64,000 nucleotides of DNA, taken from Azolla caroliniana (lineage: Eukaryota; Plantae; Polypodiophyta). The stretch covers positions 16,740,001-16,804,000 of the forward strand of contig JBHGNT010000004.1 in NCBI GenBank assembly GCA_043228905.1, read 5' to 3'. Shown here in pieces: positions 50,711 through 61,652 of the stretch (positions within the stretch are counted from its first letter, which is position 1; each line of letters starts with the position of its first letter). The translations under genes were made by a program, and so were the position numbers. The notes below the pieces were generated by a model. The model saw only the letters and a program-made list of their open reading frames with translations. It searched no databases and was not told where the DNA came from.

Positions 50711-50897
50711 AAAAACAGAGTCTGAGAGAGAATAGCAGCTTCGCATGCCTACTACAAGCAGAAGCAGAGAACAGCACCATATCCATGCTCCTCCTCCTCC
50801 TCTTCCCCCCTTCATATACATACATACATATATATGTCTCAATGACTCTCGACCTGTGTGAGGATTTTCTCTATACATACATATGGTATCTCGTGGA

Positions 50898-50952
50898 GGG
50901 GCCACTTTCGTAGTTTCCATAAACCCTAGATAGCTAAAGCTAACACACAGTC

Positions 50953-50999
<47 letters not shown>

Positions 51000-51260
51000 C
51001 ACTTTTGTAGTTCCCATATAAACCATCCCTAGAGGAGAGGACCACTTTTGTAGTTCCCATATAAACCATCCCCAAAGGAGAGGACCACTTTTGTAGTTCC
51101 CATATGAACCATCCCCAAAGGAGAGGACCACTTTTGTAGTTCCCATATGAACCATCCCCAAAGGAGGCTACTGCTACTACTCCTACTGCTTCTTCTTCTT
51201 CTAGAGCTCTCTCTATCTCCCAAAGGCCAACTTTTGTAGTTCCCATAAACCACCCCCAAA
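50898..51260. repeat. 43-bp tandem repeat x4 (50992-51163) plus two partial copies, adjacent to (GA)n and a telo-box, upstream of the gene
   Basis: GGACCACTTTTGTAGTTCCCATAT.AACCATCCC starts at 50996, 51039, 51082 and 51125; AAACCCTA at 50921. Confidence 0.9.
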
Positions 51261-51514
51261 TGATTCAATTAGAGGGACCATTGGTGATGATGTTCTCATG
51301 TCCACTCCGTAGCAAATCAATTGTGCCACATTACATCATTATAACTGAGTCCACTTCAGTCTTCAACCCCTATGCTAGTAGAAGCACTTTTTCAACTACT
51401 AGCTTTTATTAATATGATATCTCACCAAGCTTTCGAGGCATCTCGATCACTCTATGAATCCGACAATACTAGCTCCTGGTATAACATTGTGGTAAGTTGG
51501 CTTTGTGCAAACGG

Positions 51515-52184
51515 TGTCGCGGAAGTCCACAAGTACGTGCCGGATCGAGGTGAGACCGTCGGGGTCTTGTACCAAGGAGCCGGATAGAGAAGAAAGTGGG
51601 TGAGCGTATAGGGATTATCTAGTCAATTGCCGGATTCCGGATGGAAGAGCGCACGTCACACGAGCACGTAACCGATCCGGGCCTATCGCCGAATCCGGCC
51701 CGATGACCACACGGGCTCACCAGATCAGGAACACACACACAAGACGATGTTGGGATGGAGAGATACCTCCTATATGCAACAAATGAGGCACATGTAGACA
51801 CAGACACATCAGGATACAATAAATCAATGATGATTAATAGAGTAGAGTAAAGGTAGAGAGTACAATTGAACTCGACCGTCAACAGAGCTTCAAGCTCGAC
51901 AACACACACGCACGCACACAGAATCGATGAGCCTCTAGTCGGAGCACACGAGCAGAGGCCTCACCTTCCCTCGCTAAATCAGCACAGAGCAAATAGAGCT
52001 CCGAATCTCAAACCGACAACACTTCTCCCTCCAAAACGATGGATTTCTCAACGGTTCAAAACCTCCCCTTTTATAGCACAAGGAGTTGTCGTTACATCAT
52101 GCATAATGACAGCCATTTTTTGTCAGCGATTCTCCCTCGATTCTCTCACATCATATCCTATTATTCCTCTCTTTTTGTGGGACA
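51515..52184 (-). mobile_element. Probable LTR (solo or remnant)
   Basis: TGTC...GACA ends; minus-strand CTATAAAAGGGG TATA near 52070; CpG-rich; no TSD seen. Confidence 0.45.
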
Positions 52185-52213
52185 TTAAAGTACCCATTAA
52201 TTACTCTACCTAG

Positions 52214-52309
52214 TGTCAGGAATAGTACTAAAGACGGAGAGGGAGTTAGTACTAGAGGTAGAGGAGGATGAGTACTATGAGTACTTAAGAGGAAAAGATG
52301 GTGTGGAAC

Positions 52310-52363
<54 letters not shown>

Positions 52364-54275
52364 GGCAATAGAAGATATATATTATAAGGAGAAAGATACA
52401 AGAACAACTAGGAGGCTTAAGATTGGCGTTGAACCAAATTGGTTCTCAATAATGCCATGTGCCTCTTTTTATAGTGTGCTTAGGAGTATTCTTGACATTT
52501 CTAGAATGTTTCAGAGTAATCTAGAATATACATGGATTTCCTAGTAAAATAATAAATGAAAACAATATTTTTTGTATTATAATGTATAGCTTAATGGTAA
52601 GGCTTCAACCCATGTGACACAAGGTCATGGGTTCAAATCTTTTTGAGGCCATACCTAGCTATATCATGACTCTACCCCCCCTTAAGAAAACGAGTGTCGT
52701 CTTAGATTGAGGACCTAGTTTGTCGGGATATTGTCGATGGAAGTCCTGAATAAGAGCTCGAGCATTTGCTACGTTCTCGATTGGTTCCCAAGTACGCTCG
52801 CTTGGACTATAGCCTAGCCAATCGACCAAATAGTAGAGCTTGTTGTGAACAATCTTAGAATCGAGGAAGACAACAACTTCATATTCCGGACCTACTTCAA
52901 GCTCGATCGGGGGTGGAGGTGGTGTAATATGATTCCGAATAGTGTTGTCTTGATAGGGTTCGAGGAGAGAACTATGAAAAACCGGATGTATTCGTAGTTG
53001 CGAAGGTAGATCAAGACGAAAAGTGACATCATTAAATTTTCCGATAATACGAAAAGGACCTAATCGTTGATAATCCAATTTATCGCATGGTCAAGTAGTC
53101 TTGATGTGTCGTCGTAATAGCCATACCCTATCTCCAATGTTAAAACATGATGGAAGTTGATGACGATCCGCATAATCCTTTTGTGTTTGTTGAGCTTTAT
53201 GTAAATGGGTAGATAGGTATGCATGTATCTTGCATAGCTGCTCCAAATGATCCTTTGCATGAGGATTTGTGGGTAACTCTGGAGTTTCGAATACACACCA
53301 CCGAGGATGATAGCCTGTATAAGCATAAAATGGTGTAACCCTAGTCGATGAGTGGATAGAGTTATTATAAGCAAATTTGGCAAAGTGGCGGATATCTGCC
53401 CAATCATCCTATTGATAGCTTAAAAAACACCGAAGATATTGTTCCAGCATTTGATTTGTTTGCTTTGCTTGTCCATCTATTTAAGGGCGACGGTCGGAGG
53501 AGAGGTTACAAGTGACCTTGAGAATTTTGAAGAGATGCTTCTAGAATTTCGAGACGAATTGAGGTCCACACTCACTGATGATAATATCTGGGAGGTCATG
53601 ATGCTGAAATACCTCATGAATGACAATTTCGGCGGTTTCTTCACTAGTGATTTCCTTAGTACAAGGCAGGAAATGTGCCATCTTAGTATATTTATCTACT
53701 ACTGTTAAGATTGCATCAAATCCCTTTGAAACTGGAAGATCTATGATAAAATCTAGAGAAATGGACTGCCACGGCTTGCTTGGAATTGGTAATGGTTCCA
53801 ATAAACCATAGGGATGGTATCTTGGCATCTTGGCTCTGCAACATGTATCACATGTCTGAACATAGTCTTCGATAAAAGCGTCACATATGAGGCCACAAAA
53901 ATTATCGTTGTACTAAATCCAACGTTTTAGTACTACCAAAATGTCAAGATGTATATGTGTCATGACAATTTTGGACTACTTGAAGGCAACAACAATTGGG
54001 AACATACAAGAGTTTCTTAAAGAATAGTAATCCATCATGACATTCAAATTGTCGATAGTTTGTACCTAGTTGTTGCAACTTGCGACTGTGAATAGGATGC
54101 CCGAGAGGGATCAATTTGCACTAGAATGGCTTGAGCGAAAGTGTATGTCTTCAAGTCTTCATGTATCGTATCGATAATGCAAGAATCCAATGGAGTGTCA
54201 AAACCCCATATTGCTTGCAGTCGTCCTATTCCCAAGATTACTTGCTTTTGATTATCGAATGATGGATCACACACA
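52214..54275 (-). mobile_element. Ty3/gypsy chromovirus 3' part (integrase, chromodomain, PPT, 3' LTR ~52214-52671)
   Basis: YGLLEPLPIPSKPWQSISLDFI, LGPFRII, IHPVFHSSLL and YYLVDWLGYSPSERTWEP; G7 purine tract next to the LTR. Confidence 0.92.
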
Positions 54276-56388
54276 AGGAAAAGGGGAAGAAGAAGATGCC
54301 AAAATATGACACCGACAGAAATAAGTCGGGTCGGAGTGAATCTGAATCTGGAAAGAACGACGACGGACTTTCATAGACGAAGTCCGAGTAGGCCAAGAGG
54401 GCTTTGAAATCGGCTAACAAGAAGTTTCGTTGATCCACCCACTAGAAGAACCCCGTCAAACGGTATGGGTATAATGAGTACATGATGAAGGTGGCGGAAG
54501 TGTGTGAGCTGGAGAACTACGCAGAAGCAGCAAAAGACGCACAATGGCATGCCACTATGGAGGAAGAAATGCGGGCACTCGATGCCAATGACACATGGGA
54601 CCTGGTTGACCCTCCTCGACGTTGCAAACCGATCGGTTGCAAGTGGGTGTACAAGGTCAAATATAATGCTAATGGTTCGATCAACTGTTACAAGGCCCGG
54701 TTAGTGGCCAAAGGATATGCGCAGGCCCACGAAATCGACTACGACCAAACCTTCGCTCCGGTAGTGAAGATGACAACAGTTCGTGTGGTGCTAGTGGTTG
54801 CTACTGCATCTTCACTAAATGGATGTGAAGAATGCATTTCTTCAAGGTGATCTTGAAGAACAGATCTACATGATCCAACCCCCCGGTTTTTAGTTAGAGA
54901 TGAACAGGTCGGCAGTCTGTCGATTCAAGAAGTCACTTTATGGCTTGAAGCAAGCCCCCTTGTGCTTGGAATTTGAAGATTATGCACCGGTTGCGTAAGA
55001 TGTGGTTTGCGGCCTCCAAGTCGGACTCTTCGTTGTTCATCTGGAAAGGTCTGAATGGTTTGATATGTATCTTGTTATATGTAGATGATCTAGTCATCAC
55101 CAGACCCATACTTGCTGAAATTGACCGAGTGAAGTCCCAACTGTCGGATGCATTCGAAATGAAAGACCTGGGGACCTTCATTACTTCCTCGGGATTGAAG
55201 TGATCCACACGCTCGACGACATATTGTTGTCCCAGAGACACTATGTGTTGAATATGTTGTACAAGTTCGGTATGACCGATTGCCGATAAGTCTCCACACC
55301 CCTGGACCGGAACCTAAAGTTGTGTCCCGATTCTGGACCTGCCTGCAATGGGAAATGGTTCCAACAAATTGTCAAAAGCCTTATTTATTTGGTGATCACC
55401 CGACCCGACATTAGCTATCCAGTCGGAGCGATAAGTCAGTTCATGGAGAAGCCGACTACGGAGCACCTTCAGTGCGCGCATCAAATACTAAGGTATGTTA
55501 GCGGCACTAAAGACCGCGGATTGTTATACCAGTGTGGTATAACCGAGCAGCTAGTCGGATATACAGATGCCGACTGGGCCGGAGATGTGTCAGATCGACA
55601 ATCCACTTCTGAATTCATGTTCTCTCTAGGTAGCCGACTGTTGCGCAGAGCAGCAAAAAGCAGCCGACTGTGGCTCTTTTGAGTACTGTGGATTAACTGA
55701 AGGTCAAACGGACCAGGAGGCAGCAGAAGTCGACACCGACACGGAGAAACCGATGGGTCGAAATGCGTCGACGTTGCATCAACAAAGGAGCTGAGATGGG
55801 CCTTCTAAGTAGACGAGCCGACTAAGAAGGTCGATATGCACCAAACCGGACGTGTCGGACGAACCGGATTGGATGAGGAGCGTGCACCAGGGAGAGTGGA
55901 GGAGGGGACTGGCTACCACAGACATAGACATTGCGATCCGACCTCAAGTTGAGCTTGAGGGGGAGTGTTGAGCGGACAAGCTCAACCGTATCCGGATTGG
56001 CTAAATAAGCCAGAGCCGGATCGCTATCCGGAACGGAGAACCAAATAGGTATCCGGAACCAAGAGCTGGATTGGAGTGTACCCGGTAGGCCGTTAGAGGC
56101 CTACAAATCTAGCCTAGTACGTAGGCATATTTTTGGGAGTCAGTGTCAGTCGCTCCAATGAGCATTGAAGTACATGTCAGTCCTTTCATGGCCTTGCATA
56201 AAAGTGCTCACTAAGCACATTGTATGTACACATAGTGTTATTATTTTGAATTGAGTTCGCTATTATGCTCTCTCTGTCTCTCCCGCTCTTTGTCTTTGTG
56301 ATTCAAGCTTCCATTAAACCTCATCTCTATTTTCTATTGCTATCCAGATAAACCGGTTTGTCAAAGCTTCCGCATATTAACTTTGACA
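54276..56388 (+). mobile_element. Ty1/copia 3' part (RT, partial RNase H, PPT, 3' LTR 55966-~56388)
   Basis: CKWVYKVK, YKARLVAKGYAQ, LYGLKQAP, LLYVDDL, TRPDISY and GYTDADWAG; GAGGGGGAG then TGTTGAG. Confidence 0.92.
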
Positions 56389-56400
56389 GCTAGTTACTAA

Positions 56401-56748
56401 TGTAAGCATGAGATAAGGATATCATAGATATAAAATAAGAAAGGAGAGAGAGAACGAATGGTGTTGATCCATCGGACCACCCCCAAGTGAAGGGATCGAG
56501 ACGAACTTGAGCCTCGATTGGCGTCCCATACCACCATCGCGACGTCGAGTCGTACCTGGTGTTGGTACACTCCCTTCAAGAGTTGACCCACCACAAAGAC
56601 GGAGTCTCGATGTAGTAGATAATGTATCCAATGAGGGTAGCTAGGCCTCATATTTATAGTCAGACCTAAGGCCCCTAGGTAAGTTCACACTTGGCCTAAT
56701 GGGTTGTCCCAATCCCAAGGATTAAATGTAATCCTTTCCTTCTTTACA
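56401..56748 (-). mobile_element. LTR remnant
   Basis: TGTAA...TTACA termini; minus-strand CTATAAATA at ~56655; purine-rich tract on the minus strand beside it. Confidence 0.55.
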
Positions 56749-56789
56749 CTCTCGTTTAACCCTCACACTTTATCCACATGTATAGAATA

Positions 56790-58474
56790 CTATGGTAAAA
56801 CTTACCACGAGATATGGTCACGCCCGTAATAGCCACCATAGGTACTGATCTACAATTTGTCACCAATCTAGCTCGAGGTTTTTCAAGCATACATGGAGGA
56901 AAACTTGGCAATGGATTCAATTGACACTCGAAATCTCTGGTTGGTGCACCCATTTTCTTTGTAAAGAAAAAAGATGGTTCACTTCGTCTAGTCATTGATT
57001 ACTGGGGTTTTAATAAAGTTACTTACCTTGATATGCACTCCCCTTGATCTCTAGTCTTTTAGAATAGATTAATGGTGCAAAATATTTTACAAAGATCGAT
57101 TTACAAGGTGCATATAACCTTGTACAGATCCGAATGGGAAACAAGCAGAAGATATTTTTTTACACTCGATATGGGCATTTTGAGTATACATGTATGCTAT
57201 TCAGGATCACAAATGCACCATTAGTTTTTCAACACATAGTAAATGGCATTTTTCGAGATCTCTTGAACATCATTCTAATCATCTGTCTAGATAGATGATT
57301 TGTTGATTTATTCAAAAACACAAGAGGAGGATGATTCTCATGTTTGTGAAGTACTAAAACGAGTACGAGAATATGGCCTTTATGCAAAACTCACAAAGTG
57401 TAGTCTTGACTGCAAACAATGCAAACATGTGGAATTCTCGACTATTTTATCTCCCATGAAGAAATCTCTGTAGGTCCAACTAAAGTCCAAACAGTGTTGG
57501 AGTGGCAGACTCCACCATCTATGTGAGATGTGCAATGTTTCTAGGATTCGCAAACCTCTATCGCAAGTTTATACATGATTACTTAAAACTTATTCCGCTT
57601 CTCACAGAACTCTCATATGATTGCTCGCACTTAGTAGTATTTTGTCATGGCAAGGTGATGATGGGAAGCTACACCTAGTGGCTTTCCATTCACATGAATT
57701 TGACACTTCCAATATCAACTATGAGGTACATGACAAGGAGTTATTAGGCATAGTTGATTCCTAATGCCTTTGTTGAAGACATCTTAGATCATAGTGCTTT
57801 GACTCGTGCATCTTGTTCTTAATCACAACATTCATGTACAAATTATAAGCAATTCAAGTGGCATGTTGGATTACTCTTCTTCAAAAATCTTCTTTATGTT
57901 TATGATGAATCATCTCAACTCCAAGTCATACAACATTACTAGGATACATATATGGTTGGCATTTTGGTATTAATAAGACCTTCGATTTGGTAACATGATC
58001 ATTTTGGTAGCCTCGTCAACATAAATTTTGTTGAACATTATGTTCGCACATCTGATACATGTTGTAGAGCAAAAATGCCTGGACATCATCCATATGATTT
58101 ATTGCGGCCATTACCAACTCCAAGTAGGCCATGACAATCTGTGTCTTTAGATTTTATTACAAATTTTCCAAATTCTAAGGGGTTCAATGTTAGATCTTAA
58201 CAATAGTTTATCGATATACTAAAATGACACATTTCTTGCCATGCACTAAAGATATCATCAATGATGACATAGAAAATCTCGTTATGCGTGAAGTATTTCA
58301 TCACCACGGTCTTCCAGACAACATCATTAGTGATCGTGGACCTCAATTTATATCTAAATTGTAGAAACATCTCTTCACAATGCTCAAGGTTTCCTACAAA
58401 CTCTCCTCAAGCTATCATCTCCAAACTGATGGACAAATAGAATGTATAAATCAAACATTGGAGCAATATCTTCA
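56790..58474 (+). mobile_element. Highly degenerate Ty3/gypsy pol (RT, RNase H, integrase 5' part), interrupted by the TIR element
   Basis: [54 protein letters not shown] and QTDGQIE..NQTLEQYL. Confidence 0.88.
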
Positions 58475-61400
58475 AACACCAGGTCATTTGAAACAGGTAA
58501 TATGTCGCATTTTGAGAACTTTCCATCAAAAAATGACACAAATTAGGGTGATTCACAAAAAGGGGTGTTTCATGTGTAAAGGATTTTTAAAAATGACCCA
58601 AAAATATATTGATTTTTAGTATGTACAGAAATTTAGGTGTTCAAAAAAATGCCTAAATAATGGACATGCCAAACTTACAAATGAATGTCCAAAATGACTA
58701 ACACCAATATTTATAGAAATTCATGAATCCAAATCTTGATGTACAATACAATATTTACAGTTAACGTATCAGGACAATCATTTTTCAAGTTTTGCCATCA
58801 TCTTCATACCCATTAGATGAACTAGTACGAGTTTATGCGGTCTCATCCTCATCATCAATCGCAACTAATGCATCATTGTCTTCATCCAAATGCAATCCAA
58901 CCTCATTGAGGTTATGAGTCATGCTTCTTGTTTGTCTTTGTGTTGTGTCTGAAGCCACATTCCAGATCCTCTTTTAGTATCTTCATTGTGGTCTCTCGCA
59001 GATAACTTATTTTGGTCAAACATAAGTCATACACTAGTATATAAACATTATCCAATGTAAGAGTAGATGTGCTTGATGCATCTTTCTTCCTCAGTTTTTG
59101 GTTATGATATTTAATTATGTACTTTCTATTTACGATATTTGATTATGTGAGAGAAGCTTTCTACCAAAATCATTAGAATCTAAAAAAATGTTGTAAAGAT
59201 GTTTTTCATTTTTCTTAGATTCTCATAGTAAGCCTTTGATGTCATACAAATATCCGATTCATTCCATCTAGATTTGATGCAACATGTCGAATTTTACTCT
59301 ATACATCTAGAATGGGATGTAGTGCATCAGATTCTTGTTATAAGTCTTGGATTTTTTTAAAAATTTCTATTAAAAAATACTCTTGCATTTTCAACTAACA
59401 CATAATGCATTGCATCGAATTCTAGCCACATAGACTAAAATATGATACATTGCATGAATTTCCCGTAAATAAATAAATAAATAAATATTGGAAAAATAAA
59501 ACATTTCCCGTAAATAAATAAATAAACATTTTTCATTTTTCTCGTAAATAAATAAGCAAAAATTGGAAAAATAGATTTCAATGGAAATTTGGAAACACAT
59601 AAGAAAAAGTGGACTTTCAACAGAAATCTGATGCAGTGCATCGGATTTCCATTGAAAACCCATTTTTTCAATTTTTATTTATTTTTTTATGGGAAAAATT
59701 CAAAAAATAAAACAAAAATTCAATTTTTAAAAAATATATATGAAAAAATGGTAACAAATAGCAAAAAAGTGGACATTCAACAGAAATCCGATGCATTGGA
59801 TTTCTGTTGAATGTCCACTTTTTTGCTATTTGTTACCATATTTTCATATTTTTAAATTTTTTTTGTATTTTTTTTATTAAATTTTTTTTTCCCATAAATA
59901 AATAAATAAAAATTGAAAAAATGGGTTTTCAACCGAAATCCAATGCACTGCATCGGATTTCTGTTGAAAGTCCACATTTTGCTATTTGTTACCATATTTT
60001 CCTATTTTTGAATTTTTTTTGAATTTTTTGAATTTTTCCCATAAATAAATAAATAATAATTGGAAAAATGGGTTTTCAACAGAAATCCGATGCAATGCAT
60101 CGTATTTCTATTGAAAGTCCACTTTTCCTTATGTGTTTCCAAATTTTCATATTTTTTGAAATTTTTTTTTGAAATTTTTTTATTTTTCTCATAAATAAAT
60201 ATATAGAAATTGAAAGTCCATTTTTCCTTGTTTTTTTACAATTTTTTTTATTTTTTTTATTTTTTTCCCTAAAAAAATGTTTAAAATAAAAAAATTGCGA
60301 TTTTTTCCATTTAAAATGATGTGTTTTCAATGGGAATTCGATGCAGTGCAATGGAATTCCGTTGAAAATCCATTTTTTCAATTTCTATATATTTATTTAT
60401 GAAATCTGGTGAAAACACGTCATTTTCAAAAGGTTTTCAACGGAAATCCGATGCAGTGCATCGGATTTCCGTTGAAAATCCAATATTTTTCTTTTATTTT
60501 TTCATTTATCATTTATTTTCAACTGAAACTCGACTCGATGGTTCGGATTTTCGTTGAAAATGCAATATATTTTTATTATCTCATTGTTTTATGAAAAAAC
60601 TAAAAGAAATTTGGATTTTTAATTGAAATTCGATGTAGTGCATTAGATTTCAGTTGGAAATCCACTTTTTTAATATAATTTTATTTATTTTTCGAAAAAA
60701 TGAAAAACAATTGAAAAGAAAAAGGATTGCGAGCTAAAATATGATGCAATGCACCGATGTCTAGCTGTATAGACTACAATTTGATGCAGTGCATCGGATT
60801 TTAGTTAGGCTGTGGAGCCTATAGATGAAGGCGCAGGGCACCTTGTTGAATTAGAAGACGTTTCAAAGTCTGAACATACTAACGATTCAACTTAGCGTAC
60901 TAATGAAGCCAATGAGGTCAATCCTGATGAAAGAACTAATCTCGAGGAGACGGCGTTACTAGAATTATTATTCGATTGAATGGAAATGTCTTATTGTAAA
61001 TTTTGAACAATATGAATTGTTAAATTTTGACGTAATATATAAGTTGAACTTACTTATAATTTTCGTGTAACAATCATTGAACTTACAGATTAAGTATACT
61101 TGTATGTGTACATGTTGTCTAAACTCTCCTTTATCATTTGGGGTATATCGGAGATAAATTTATACTCTATCATTTACTCGTATGATTGGAATGTTATTGT
61201 AGACTAGTTTATTTATACACTGACAGTGTCATGTATCACGTGTCAATAGAAATTTTCTCTTGACATAGTAGTATCTCTTAATTGCAATGTTCACAATTTG
61301 CTTTATGATATATTATATATAAATATACACACATAATTAGAAGAAGTCACTTATTCAATGGGGTATGCTTTTTAGAATATGCACAAGGACTCGTGTTACT

Positions 61401-61648
61401 ATTATACTTGCATTGACAAAAACAGCCCTGTCTAAGATTTGGACAAAAACATGGTAGATACAATATACGTCGGATGATTTTGTTGACGTGATATTAGTTA
61501 GTTCAATTTTTTTGCTATGTTTTCATAAACCACATACGCATGCGTCAAGCCTTTTTGAAATTTTGCTTAAATAAGGCATTTTTTAACATCTCGCTAAGAT
61601 ATGAAAAAGAGAATGCGACATATTACCTGTTTCAAATGACCCGGTGTT
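58475..61648. mobile_element. Non-autonomous TIR DNA transposon (3.17 kb), superfamily unassigned
   Basis: 37-38-bp TIRs: AACACCAGGTCATTTGAAACAGGTAATATGTCGCATT and AATGCGACATATTACCTGTTTCAAATGACCCGGTGTT (1 mismatch). TTCA is duplicated on both sides, and removing the element restores integrase EQYL|HC..NYQQ.DW. Confidence 0.9.
59268..60806. repeat. Array of about 14 palindromic units (core AAATCCGATGCA-G-TGCATCGGATTT) with AT-rich spacers
   Basis: Perfect 22-bp-arm palindrome at 60434-60478. Close variants are centred near 59636, 59793, 59947, 60095, 60346, 60538 and 60638; decayed copies lie at both edges. Confidence 0.88.
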
Positions 61649-61652
61649 TTCA

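Noticed and set aside
50992-51163. Resemblance of GGGAACTACAA to the vertebrate ZNF143-associated ACTACA motif
   Set aside because: The match is only partial and the factor is animal-specific; the window is plant DNA.
50926-51268. Repetitive ORFs (e.g. GSYGNYKSGPLLWGWFIWELQKW) as proteins
   Set aside because: These are translations of the 43-bp tandem repeat and the (GA)n tract in all three frames.
52580-52650. Functional tRNA gene
   Set aside because: No acceptor stem or credible anticodon arm; only the A/B boxes and a D-arm-like stem remain. Reported as a tRNA-like cassette instead.
59268-60806. CRISPR-like appearance (palindromic repeats with spacers)
   Set aside because: The context is eukaryotic with no cas genes. 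The spacers are low-complexity, variable in length and related to each other, and the array lies within TIRs.
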